A stretch of 41,745 nt of DNA, taken from positions 23,451,566-23,493,310 of the forward strand of contig NC_068996.1 of assembly GCF_001194135.2 (NCBI RefSeq), in the 5' to 3' direction. The position numbers were made by a program, and so were the translations under genes. Position 1 is the stretch's first letter, and every line of letters begins with the position of its first letter. The notes beneath the pieces were generated by a model, which worked only from the letters and a program-made list of their open reading frames with translations, had not been told where the DNA came from and did not search any database. Positions 23,170 through 34,309 of the stretch are shown one piece after another. The DNA is from Octopus bimaculoides (Eukaryota).

Positions 23170-25585
23170 CAATTGACAGCTATCCGAATTGACAGTGCCT
23201 TGGTAGATAAAGCAATTGAGAGTATGAAGACAGGGAAGGCCCCTGGCCCATCAGGAATCACTGCTGAGATGCTCAAAATATCTAGTAGTGTCAGCTATAG
23301 CCTAGTCACCTGTATAGTTAACCAGGTGATACATGAAGGAGTTATACCCAATGACAGGTGTAGCAGCACCATAGTCAACTGCTACAAAAGTAAAGGTGAC
23401 GCTTTAGATACAAATAATTACAGAGGTATCAAGTTGTTGGATCAGGTAATGAAGGTCATGGAGAGGGTCATAGCCCAACTAATTAGGGAGAGAGTCAATT
23501 TAGATGAGATGCAGTTTGGGTTCGTGCCAGGGAAAAGCACCACTGATACTATATTTCTAGTAAGACAGCTACAGGAGAAATACCTAGCCAAAGATAAACC
23601 TCTGTACCTGGCNNNNNNNNNNNNNNNNNNNNNNNNNNNNNNNNNNNNNNNNNNNNNNNNNNNNNNNNNACCTGGCTTTCGTTGACATAGAGAACACCTT
23701 TGACAGGGTCCACCGATTCCTTATCTGGTGGTCAATGAGGAAACTAGGGATAGAAGAATGGTTAGTGAGAGCTGTGCAAGCCATGTACAGGGACGATGTC
23801 AGTAAGTTAAGGGTTGGCAACGAGTACAGTGAAGAATTCCGGGTAGAGGTAAGGGTCCACCAAGGTTCAGTCCTCAGCCCCCTCTAATTCAAAGTCCTCC
23901 AGGCAATAACAGAGGAATTCAAGACAGGATGCCCCTGGGCGTTTCTCTATGCTGATGACCTTGCTCTAATTGCTGAGTCACTATCAGAACTAGAGGAGAA
24001 GTTTCAGGTGTGGAAGCATTAAAATTGAAGGATTAAAATTGAAGGGCCTTAGAGTCAACCTAGCTAAAACCAAGGTCCTAATAAGTAGAAAAGCAGACAA
24101 ACCACAAATCCCTTCAGTTAGATGGCCCTGCTTGATCTGTAGAAAAGGTATGGGTAGAAACTCTATAAGATTTACTCAGTGTAAGCTATGGACACATAAG
24201 AGGTGCAGCAATATTAAAGGAAGGCTAAGTGGGAAGATAGTTTTTGTATGTGGCAGATACTCCGGAGCAATAAACACTGAAAATGTGCAGAGAACAACTT
24301 CTGCCACATTCCAGGGAGAAAAACTAGAAGTAGTTGATAGCTTCTGTTACCTAGGCGACCAAGTTAGTAGCGGGGGAGGGTGCAATGAAAGTGTAGCTAC
24401 TAGAATAAAAATAGCCTAGGCAAAGTTCAGAGAGCTCTTACCTCTGCTGGTGACAAAGGGTCCCTCTCTCAGAGTAAAAAGCAGACTGTATAATGGTGCA
24501 TGTGTACGAACAGCCATGCTACATGGCAGTGAAACATGGGCTGTAACTTCTGAGGACATGCGTAAGCTTGCAAGGACTGAAGCCAGTATGCTCCGCTGAA
24601 TGTGTAATGTCAGTGTGCATACTCGACAGAGTGTAAGTGCCTTGAGAGAAAAGTTGAACCTAAGAAGCATCAGATGTGGTGTGCAAGAGAGACGATTGTG
24701 CTGGTATGGTCTTGTGGTACGACTGGATGAGGATAGCTGTGTGAAAAAGTGTCACACCCCAGCGGCTGAGGAAACTGTGGAAGAGGTATACCTAGGAAGA
24801 CGTGGGATGAGATGGTGAAGCATGACCTTTGAACATTAGGCCTCACCGAGGCAATGACTAGTGACCAAGACCTTTGGAAATATGCTCTGCTTGAGAAGAC
24901 CCGACAAGCCAAGTGAGACCATAACCTGTGGCCTATGCCAGTGGTGTAACCAGCCCACTTAGACATACCTTTCTTTCATTGGACACTAAACTCTGCTTGT
25001 GAAGACCTGTTGAGGCAAATGAAATCGAAATTGAAATCAAATTCGATGACAGTACCACATGACTGGCATCCGTGCTAGAGGAACACTAAGANNNNNNNNN
25101 NNNNNNNNNNNNNNNNNNNNNNNNNNNNNNNNNNNNNNNNNNNNNNNNNNNNNNNNNNNNNNNNNNNNNNNNNNNNNNNNNNNNNNNNNNNNNNNNNNNN
25201 NNNNNNNNNNNNNNNNNNNNNNNNNNNNNNNNNNNNNNNNNNNNNNNNNNNNNNNTACTGGCACTTGTGCTGGTGGTACGTGGAAAACAACATTCAAGTG
25301 AGGGCATTGCCAGTGCTGCTGGACTGGCTCCTGTGCAGGTGGCACGTAAAAAACACCATTTGAGCATGGCCGTTATCAGTACTGCCTGACTGGCCCTCGT
25401 ACCGGAGGCACGTAAAAGCACCTACTACACTCTTGGAGTGGTTGGCATTAGGAAGGGCATCCAGCTGTAGAAACTCTGCCAAATCAGATTGGAGCCTGGT
25501 GCAGCCATCTGGCTCACCAGTCCCCAGTCAAACTGTCCAACCCATGCCAGCATGGAAAGCGGATGTTAAATGAGGATGAAGATGA
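23170..25585 (+). mobile_element. 5'-truncated RTE-clade LINE with reverse transcriptase pseudogene and 3' UTR
   Basis: KAPGPSGITAEMLK, NYRGIKLL...KVMERVI, QFGFVPGKSTTDTIF, AFVDIENTFDRV, GVHQGSVLSP, LYADDLAL and LHGSETW motifs with stops and frameshifts; 3' UTR carries gttggcattaggaagggcatccagctgtagaaac and an ATG-type repeat tail; two internal N gaps. Confidence 0.95.
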
Positions 25586-27098
25586 TAGGCTAATAATGAG
25601 GGATTATCAATCTGGACAAATACTTCATAAGCTCTCTCTTGGCCCACCAGGCTAGCAATATTATTTAGATTAGTGAAGAACTCTTGGTATTCCTATGCCA
25701 GGGTCCAAGGTTGTGGTTGATCACAATATTGTATAGAATGATATACAAAAGACAAGTTTAAAATAATGGTCATTACATATTTTTTCCTTTATTGGAGTGA
25801 ATATGACTTACAGCTGTTTTTGGTAGTCATTATAGGTACATTACTGATAGATTTTTTCAATTGGTCTATTGATCAATTGAGAAAAATTGAACGACCCAAG
25901 AAAATTAATGCTATTTTCATCAGAGCCATTTCTGGTTATGACAAGCAGAACACTGAAGGAATGACTATTGCATGGGGGAGGGAGGAAAAGAAGATGGAAA
26001 GATGATAGGGAACAAAGGAAGACAGGTTACAATGGGGATGGCATAAGAGTCACTTAATAGAACCAGGGGCATTGTATTGCCAAAATTTGGAAGCGGGACA
26101 GTCATAAAACGTTAGCGTTTGTAGCCAACTCAACACCCATTATCATATTAACATTGTATATAGATTAGGTATTCTCCAACTATTGTGTTGAAATTTGATA
26201 GGGATTTTTATACACATAGTCAATCTAAGACTTGGTCAATATTTATACTCATGATCAATATCTAGTGATTGTTGCTATCAAGCATAGTAGGGGAATCATA
26301 TTAGAAGATAAAGAAATATTAGTAGTAGTCATGTTGTAGTGTAGAGGTTGAGAATGCTCTTCTTACCTAGCATATAAATACTGATACATTGAGAGATGTT
26401 AGGTCGAAATGGAATGAGGTCAAGTTAAAGTTATTGAAAGTCAAATGTAAATTCAGATTAACCTGATTAGAAGGGTTTTAAAGTTTAAACCAATAAAAAG
26501 GTTACAGATTAAAATTTGAACTAAAGTTAAAATTTCTAAATTTAGCATTAAAGCAAACTTAAACATAAAAAATTTTTAATAAATTTGTGGAATAATGGGT
26601 GATACTAAAAGCATTATGATGAAGTCACAACACCAACCTCAACAAAACCCATAAAAATAATAATAATAAAATAACAATAAAATAATGTTACAAAATTATT
26701 TTTAAAAATGATAATCATAGGATGATAATAAGAGGGTAAGAATTACAATAATAATGAAAAGAAAATAAAAATTTAAAGTTAAAAATTAAACGCCTAAAAA
26801 AATTAAAATCTTAAAAGAATAAAATAAAATAAAGTTCCAAAAAATTTTTAAATATGGAAATATATATATGTACATACATATGCATATATAAAATACAAAC
26901 AATATTTAAAAGAAAAACAAAATAATATAAAACAAATTAATGTAAACTTTTAAGACTTTAAAATATAGTGAAATGAAACTAAATAAAATAAATAGAAAAT
27001 CTATATCTAGAAAACTATAAGGTAATTCACATTCATCCCTTAGGCATCATACCCATCCCAAGCTATACCTCTCACTATATTAGTAAAGTTAACTAGGG

Positions 27099-27361
27099 CA
27101 GGGGTTTTCAAACTTTTTGACTTGCGGACCCCTTTACCTTAGGGACCCCGTTATAAACGCTTATGAAATTTATACATAAATATTTGCTTAAAATAACATA
27201 TATTTTTACATTTATTTATTTAACTGTATTTAACAAATAGGTTTATTGTCAGTTAAAAGATTTCGATTAAAAAACATATATAAAATCAAATTTCCCATAA
27301 AAAGTATTTGCTGTCCACGGACCCCCTGTCTTGTCCGCGGACCACAGTTTGAAAACCCCTG
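27099..27361. mobile_element. Young hAT (Charlie-type) MITE, 263 bp
   Basis: Perfect 15-bp TIR CAGGGGTTTTCAAAC / GTTTGAAAACCCCTG and an exact 8-bp TSD AACTAGGG (27091-27098, 27362-27369). Confidence 0.95.
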
Positions 27362-27969
27362 AACTAGGGAACCTGCTGAATGATTTATTTTAAAAATGCT
27401 GATATAATATCATTATTTCCTGCCTATGGTTAATAAGATTACCCACTGATGTTAGGATTTGGAATGACTCCTCTAGGCAAAGTTCACATCTACTTCTACC
27501 TACTTCATATGGTTTAGCTCTACTAAGGATTGACCATTTCCCCTCATATTCTGTTTTTTTCCTCCCTAAGTTGCAATATTAGCTTGCTAAGTGATGTCAC
27601 ATTTTCTTTACTTTTGTGCCTAAATGACAAGATGTAGTTGTAATATCAGAGCTTAAATGTTATGGTACAGCATCCTATGTACTTGTAAGTTGTTCTGTGT
27701 TATTACTGCACATTCATACACCATGTTCTTTTCTAAGCATGATTTATTTAAAACACATTCCCTATCCCCTCTACAGTTACAACTGGCCCTGTCCTTCCTA
27801 TTGTTGCTACCTGTACAGTTATTATTACTATTGTCATTATTATCTTTATCATTACCGTTATTTTTATTATTCCTTCATAACACAGTGTAGATAAAAATGC
27901 ACCAGAGCCTTTAGTCATCTGTCAAGTCACAATAAGGACCTCAGACAGATAATACTTTCCTTAAGATGT

Positions 27970-28470
27970 GTGCTATGCCCAATAACTAAAATCTTTCCTA
28001 CTATTGCTATTATTCTTAATATAGTTATGGGCATTGCTATCACTAGTAATAGTCATACAATCGTCCATGCTCCTGTTTTTATTACATATTCTATTCCAGT
28101 CTAGGTCTGTTGAATTTAAGCTTTCTAATTCCTTTAATCTATGGGTGTTGTAAGACACTATAATTTGCATTAGGTTTCTAGTAGTAGAGTAGGCCAATCT
28201 TATGGAGTGCCAGTTAAACAATCACTCATACCTGCTTGAGGGAAGGAAATGTTTGTCTTGGGCTGTGAAGAGTTTTAAGGGAATATTAGTATCTATTTGG
28301 ACCCCAATTGGAACATTATACCAGATAGATTCTGTTTGTTTTCTTTTTCTTATTCATTGTGTGGTAATCTATCTTACACATTTTTCTGCCTGGATTATTC
28401 AGTTTATGTATATTCTGATTTGTGTTGTCATTATAACTACCTTCCATCCCATCTATGTCCTTAACCCAGG
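27970..28470 (-). mobile_element. Penelope-like element remnant (Neptune-type linker region)
   Basis: RKRKQTESIWYNVPIGVQIDTNIPLKLFTAQDKHFLPSSRYE*LFNWHSIRLAYSTTRNLMQIIVSYN, homologous to the motif block at 16766-16910. Confidence 0.75.
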
Positions 28471-28489
28471 TGTCTAATTCAAGTGTTTC

Positions 28490-28729
28490 CCTCTTCCTAG
28501 GTTTTCTGCGATTTTACACTGATTATGTCCACCTTCAGAATGACCCACAATATGGCCGCTTCGATATTCAGACAGTTTCAAGGCTTCTTTTGTACACGGC
28601 ATGATTAAACTGTTACATATAGAACCTGAAACATAAAAATGTCAATTAATAAAAAATATAAACCCTTACTAGTTAGAATAAACATAAAAAGATGTTTTAT
28701 GGGATATATATTTACTTCTGTTATCTCTG
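28490..28729 (-). mobile_element. Tc1-like element 5' end (TIR start and N-terminal HTH), truncated
   Basis: TA|CAG terminus at 28729; ATG at 28602 gives MPCTKEALKLSEYRSGHIVGHSEGGHNQCKIAENL, resembling Tc1 LS.FERG.IVG....G.S...IA..L. Confidence 0.7.
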
Positions 28730-29600
28730 TATATATATATATATATATATATACATACATATATTCTTGTTTGTTTCTATGCTATAATAAAAACAAGTTT
28801 ACATTAAACTGAAGGATTACTCAATACATTTGGTTAAGTACAAATTTATTATTCTTTAACAAGAATAGTATTCACAGTAACTTTGAGGTTTAAGCCAGCT
28901 AAGCCATCATCAAACTGTGATGCATTTGAGTTCATCTTGGCTTTATGTAGTCTCTGTTAAATTAAACCTTTCTAATGGATCCCTAGTTCTGTTGAATGAT
29001 AATTATGTTGTATGTTAGGTTGTGATGGGTAGCTGTTGTGGAGAATTTTTATCGATTAAATTTGAAGATGTGCTTTTGTTTAGAATTTATTCATACAGGT
29101 AGAACTTTGTATTTATGTGTGTATATTTAGATGTGTCATCTTCAGATCATGGGTGTCCACAAAAGAATGTACTTAGGTTGTTGGTGGGCAGATATGTCAT
29201 TCTGTTTAATATACAGCATCGATGCATAGCACCCATGAGTGCCAGAAGATGGCCCTATGTACACTCACTACCTCCGCTCTCTCGGGTCATCTGTCCTCAC
29301 TGTCAGAGATAATCTTGACAATAATAATTTTGGATCTGACATCCAGTTTGTTGTAATATGAAAAGTTAAGTTGATTCAGTTGGTCTTAGAAATTGTTATT
29401 GCAGCTAACCCTGTCAATTTTTTAACTCAGAATCTTAGAAGGACAAACACTAAACAACACTAAAGTATTTAGCCTGGTATTTTACCCTTTTTGTAACCTT
29501 CAACACCTAAATAAACACTCAAGAAAGAGAGAAACGTGTTAAGTTGTTTGCTGAAAGATTTAGTCTTTTTGCTATTTGTAGTAAAAACATCAGAAAAAAG

Positions 29601-29696
29601 GTAAGTCGAACAAGGAAACCAACACATTTCCTGTTAAGTCAGTATTTAATTGGAGGAGTTTGTGATTTTCCTTAGAATAGTCACTGTAATCTACAG
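29601..29696 (+). other. Candidate short 5'-UTR intron upstream of the start codon
   Basis: Strong donor AAG|GTAAGT at 29601; candidate acceptors ttttccttag (29675) and ctacag (29696) just upstream of ATG 29713. Confidence 0.45.
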
Positions 29697-29712
29697 TAAA
29701 TGTGTCATTAGT

Positions 29713-29746
29713 ATGCAGGTCAGAATATTGCTTCTGCTTCTGGCAG
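29713..29746 (+). CDS. Coding exon 1 of secreted chitin-binding (CBM14/peritrophin-A) protein; most of the signal peptide (MQVRILLLLLA-G)
   Basis: ATG at 29713, 11 mostly hydrophobic codons, then G|GTAAGT consensus donor (phase 1). Joined to the phase-1 acceptor at 37095 it gives a clean signal peptide, MQVRILLLLLAGYFAQVKA/Q. The link across a 7.3-kb intron is inferred, with no transcript evidence. Confidence 0.8.
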
Positions 29747-30365
29747 GTAAGTTTGCAGTGATATTTTTCTCTTTTATATTTTTAAGACATATTCTTGATA
29801 AAATACCTGTCCACTTGATTTACTTCTCCGTCCTCTATTACATTTTGAAGTTGAAAAAGATATCCTGAAATCTGTTCATTGTTATATATTGATATGGTGA
29901 TATATTGTTTGTAAAACTGTAACTTATATCAAACTGGTATGATAATAATAAGATGGTGATTTTTTTTTTCCTTACTTTTCCTTTCTTATTTTTTGTTATT
30001 TTTCAAATTCAAAATCATATTGATTAAAAGTGTGTTGCATACAACAATGGTTATGAAGCAACAGACTAAAAGCTTTCTGGATTAAAGTGATATATAGCAA
30101 AATTGAATCTCTTTCTTTCACTTTGTAGTGCACCAGGCACTGTATACAATAAATTCAGCATCATCATCATCATCGTCATCATCATTATTATAATTGTCAT
30201 TGCTTTACTTCTCAGTGCACTCAGTCTTGTTTGCTCTGGTAGATTCTGTGAGAGTGGACTGGGCCTCTTTCCACACATTGTAAGCTTTGATACTTGATTG
30301 TTAATTATTGTGGGAGATATTCAACATCCAAGTACCAATCTCAAAATCCTAGCTGTCTCCTTTAA

Positions 30366-30586
30366 CCCTTTTGTACTAATCTGCCTGTGACTACCTTCTG
30401 GTTCTATGATACAAATGTCCTGTTTTAAAGTCATCTAAATCAAACCTGTCCATCAAAATTTCACGTTAATTTAAGTTCTAAATGTCAACTCAATAATGAC
30501 TGATTTATTTTACTAAATCCTTCATTATTTTCAAAATAAATTGAAACAAAGGCAGTGCATTCCCACAGAAACATGGTAACAGAGAG
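30366..30586. mobile_element. Second piggyBac-like MITE subfamily (intron 1)
   Basis: TTAA|CCCTTTTGTAC ... GGTAACAGAGAG|TTAA, ~220 bp, internal sequence differs from the 11862 family. Confidence 0.6.
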
Positions 30587-31256
30587 TTAATGTTCCACCA
30601 GTACCATTGTAAGCTATGTACCATGGGTGCTATAGCACAGGTACTCTGGAGACTTATGAATCCTTTTTGAGTAGGAGGAATGTATACAGAAATGCATCAC
30701 CCAAGCCAACAAGCACCCAAAGATGGCTTTGTGTCCCTCTCAGGTTACCATTGTTATAGTGTTGGATAGAATATGTAGCAGTATTTGGTCTGGCTCTTTG
30801 CACTGGCTTTAAATTTTGCTGAGGCCCACTTAACCAATTCACTTTTTTATGGGGGTGAGGTGTTAATACGTACAGACCAGTACTGGTGTTGATTTTCATT
30901 TTCTGTCTCTTTGTCTGTCTAGCCATCTATGTGTCTATCTGTCTCTCTCTATCCATACATCTCTCTTTTCTCTCTATCTCTTCCTCTATCTCACTCTTCT
31001 CCCACCTCACTCTTCTCCCACCTCTCTCTTCCTCTAACTCTCTGTCATTCTAATCCCTCCCCATCCCCCCTCTCTCTGGAAGAAATCAGTTGTGATCAGA
31101 CTAGAGAAGAATGGGTTCCACCAGTTTTCAATGTCCAAAACATACTGCATGTTTTGATGGTGTTCCTACAATTCCATTAGAAATTGAGGGCCCAAGGCAA
31201 AGCAAGATTAAATAATATAGAGATACTGATGTCTGAATGGGAAACAATAGGCTTAC

Positions 31257-31596
31257 CCCTTTGAACCAACCATATTTGGCCTGCATTTAAACCAACCATA
31301 TCTGGCCAAAATATTCTACCTGCTTTATGTTCAAACAGACCAGATCCAGTCTCTCATACCTACCTCACAATATCAGTCTAAAAAATAAAGAATCTCATCA
31401 TTGAAATCTTGAAGCTGCAAGATAACTAATTATTAATTCAAATTAATGTGGATAAATAAGTATTTGATAAATAAGTATTTGATACAAAAGTATTTGATAA
31501 ATAAGTATTTGATACAAAAGTATTTGATAAATAAGTATTTGATACAAAAGTATTTGATAAATAAGTATTTGATACAAAAATCTGAATACTAAAGGG
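31257..31596. mobile_element. piggyBac-like MITE containing a 4x30-bp tandem amplification (31461-31580)
   Basis: Family homology on both sides; the unit tatttgataaataagtatttgatacaaaag repeats at 31461, 31491, 31521 and 31551; ends AATACTAAAGGG|TTAA. Confidence 0.85.
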
Positions 31597-31831
31597 TTAA
31601 GAGCTTGGAATTTTGATGATATTACAAAAGAAGGCTCTGTCCCATTTTATGCTTTGTTTTTTGGCATGTGGATACTAGTACATGTATGAAGTCTTTCTGA
31701 GGTACATGTGCTTTTAAGTCATCATTATTGTCATATCATCCATTTCATATAATAAAATGAGCCAACAAACAAGTTCCTACATGGTTGTTTGCACTACTAG
31801 AAAAAACAGTCAGATCTCATCCAAATCTTAA

Positions 31832-32478
31832 CCCTTTAGCATTTAAATTGACCATAGGCACAGGTGTGGCTGACTGGTAAGAAGCTTGCTTCCCAACCAC
31901 TTGGTTCTGGTTTCAGTCCCATTGTGTGGCATCTTGGGCAAGTGTCTTCTACTATAGCCTCAGGCTGACCAAAGCCTTCTGTGTGGATTTGGTAAACAGA
32001 AACTGAAAGAAACCCTCTACATATGTATATATACATACATATACACATATGTATATATTTATGTGTGTCTGTGTTTGTCCCCCCACCCCCACTATTGCTT
32101 GATAACTGATGCAGGTGTTTTTATGTCCCTGTAACTTACAAGTTCAGCAAAAGACACCGATAGAATAAGTACTAGGCTTATGAATAAGTCCCGGGGTAAA
32201 TTTCTTCAACTAAAAACCCTTTAAGGTGGTGCTCTAGCATGGTTGCAGTCAAAAAACTGAAACACATAAAAGAATAAATGAATATCCAGCTAAAATATTC
32301 TACCCGTTTAATGTTCAAATCAGCCTAATCCAACCTCTAACACCTACCTTACAATGTCATTCTGAAAATAAACAATCGCATCACTGAAATCTGGAAACTA
32401 CATGACTAATGATTGATTCAAGAACAATGTGAATAGACAAACATTACATTCAGCAGAGTAATATGAATTCTAAAAGGC
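31832..32478. mobile_element. piggyBac-like MITE split by a full SINE A insertion (SINE about 31857-32278, +)
   Basis: TTAA|CCCTTTAGCATTT start; SINE A head-to-tail follows; MITE sequence resumes (aatattctaccc...gaattctaaaaggctaa). Confidence 0.8.
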
Positions 32479-32510
32479 TAATAAAAGAAAGAAGTATACA
32501 TTGGTTAACT

Positions 32511-32904
32511 GTTGTTGTTATTGGCACTCACTCCATTGCTTACGACGTCGAGGGTTCCAGTTGATCCGATCAACGGAACAGCCTGCTCATGAAATTAATG
32601 TGCAAGTGGCTGAGCACTCCACAGACACGTGTACCCTTAACGTAGTTCTCGGGGATATTCAGCGTGACACAGTGTGACAAGGCTGACCCTTTGAATTACA
32701 GGCACAACAGAAACAGAAAGTAAGAGTGAGAGAAAGTTGTGGTGAAAGAGTACAGCAGGGTTCGCCACCATCCCCTGCCGGAGCCTCGTGGAGCTTTAGG
32801 CGTTTTCGCTCAATAAACACTCACAACACCTGGTCTGGGAATCGAAACCGCGATCCTATGACCGCGAGTCTGCTGCCCTAACCACTGGGCCATTGCGCCT
32901 CCAC
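32511..32904 (-). mobile_element. tRNA-derived SINE, family B, full length
   Basis: Reverse complement begins GTGGAGGCGCAATGGCCCAGTGGTTAGGG (A box) ... GGTTTCGATTCC (B box) and ends in (CAA)n; high similarity to 39300-39717. Confidence 0.9.
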
Positions 32905-33419
32905 ACATCGGTGAATAAACACTGGAGATAAAAGAGAGAAAAAAATGAGATTATCAATATTTAAATTTTTCTGGCCATATGTGTGCTTGTGGGCTAAACA
33001 AGAACGACAGTGGTAATGTTAACATGTTACTTATAACGAGAATTAAAAAGCTAACTAGAAATCATTCTGTGGGCAGGGAAAGAAAATATATTAGTAGATG
33101 ACTAATATGTTTTCCATATATTTAAAAAATTTTCCCATGCTTGAAACATGGGGAAAGAAAAAAAAAGAAATGAAAATGAAAATGAATAAATAAAATATTA
33201 ATCATTGTTAAATATCATATTTTTTATCATGCTTCATATTTATGTTTAGTTCATTTTTTAATTCTCCACTCATTAAATAATGTTATCATTAACTCTAACC
33301 TTAACCTTAACCCTGATTTAAAAGCCCTACAGCTGTTAGTTAGCTTGCTTTGTCTTTCATCCCACTGGGATTAGTAAAATAAACATATGAAGCCAGTGTT
33401 TACATCAAAGAAGTTTAAT

Positions 33420-33700
33420 ATCATCATCATCATTTAACGTCCATTTCCCATGCTGGTATGGGTTGGACAGTTTGACAGGAGCTAGTAAGCTAGAGGACTA
33501 TGCTAGGTTTCATTGTCAGTTTTGGCATGGTTTTTGTGGCTGGATGCCCTTCCTTGCACAAATCACTTTGCAGGGTACTTTTTATGTGGCACCAGCACTG
33601 GCAAGGTCTGTTTTGGCACAGTTTTTACAGCTGGTTACCCTTCCTAATGCCAACCACTTTACAGTGTAGACTGGATGCTTTTCACATGGCATGTTGTCCA
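33420..33700 (-). mobile_element. RTE 3'-tail-derived repeat (family C)
   Basis: catcatcatttaacgtccatttcccatgctgg...gctggatgcccttcc...cttcctaatgccaaccactttacagtgt. Confidence 0.8.
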
Positions 33701-33781
33701 CTACAGAAATATTGAATCAGTAGTTGGCTTTTTTTTTTTTTAGAAGAAACAAAGAAAGAAGCTTTTTCAGACTATTGCTTA

Positions 33782-34080
33782 TAGGTATGTGGTCCAGTGG
33801 GTAGGGTGTTGGGCTCATGCATATAAGGTCATAGGTTCAGTTCTTGGATTGGGCAATGTTGTGTCCTTGGAAAAGGTGCTTCGTTTCATGTTGCTTCAGT
33901 TACTTGGTTGAAAATGAATGCCAACCTATTTGACTGCTGGTGGCTGGTACTCATTTTCAACAAGTCAAGGGATATGTCAGAACCAAGAAGGTGTCCATGT
34001 CTGCTCATGAAAACATGGATATCTAAATGTATGGTACATGTTACCAGGTCATATTCTCTTGTGACTGACAGCTATGAGCT
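33782..34080 (+). mobile_element. tRNA-derived SINE (CORE/V-like body), decayed
   Basis: A-box-like tggtccagtggg, B-box-like ggttcagttct, followed by a gttgtgtccttggaaaagg body. Confidence 0.55.
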
Positions 34081-34109
34081 GGTTTTTTTAAACTTAAACA
34101 CTTATATAG

Positions 34110-34259
34110 ATGCAGGTGTGGCTGTGTGGTAAGACTCTTGCTTCCCAACCACATGGTCCTGGGTTCAGTCCCACTGCATGGCACCTTGGGCAAGTGTCTT
34201 CTACTATAGCCTTAGGCCAACCAAACTTTGTGAGTGGAAACTGAAAGAAGCCCATCATG

Positions 34260-34262
<3 letters not shown>
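34110..34262 (+). mobile_element. SINE family A, 5' half
   Basis: gcaggtgtggctgtgtggtaag...gggttcagtcccactgcatggcaccttgggcaagtgtcttctactatagcc. Confidence 0.9.
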
Positions 34263-34297
<35 letters not shown>

Positions 34298-34309
34298 TGC
34301 AGCAATATC

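Noticed and set aside
26460-27010. Strongly A-skewed AT-rich tract resembling mitochondrial DNA (NUMT)
   Set aside because: No recognisable mitochondrial ORF or rRNA motif found on either strand by eye; BLASTN against a cephalopod mitogenome would settle it.
30103-30297. Hydrophobic ORF (IIIIVIALLLSALSLVCSG|gtagat) that looks like a signal peptide with a phase-1 donor
   Set aside because: No in-frame ATG; the hydrophobic run comes from an (ATC)n microsatellite. As a cassette exon after 29746 it shifts the frame or hits a stop. The 29713 exon is a better fit.
33291-33315. Telomere-like taaccttaaccttaaccct
   Set aside because: Only about three imperfect units; not evidence of an interstitial telomere.
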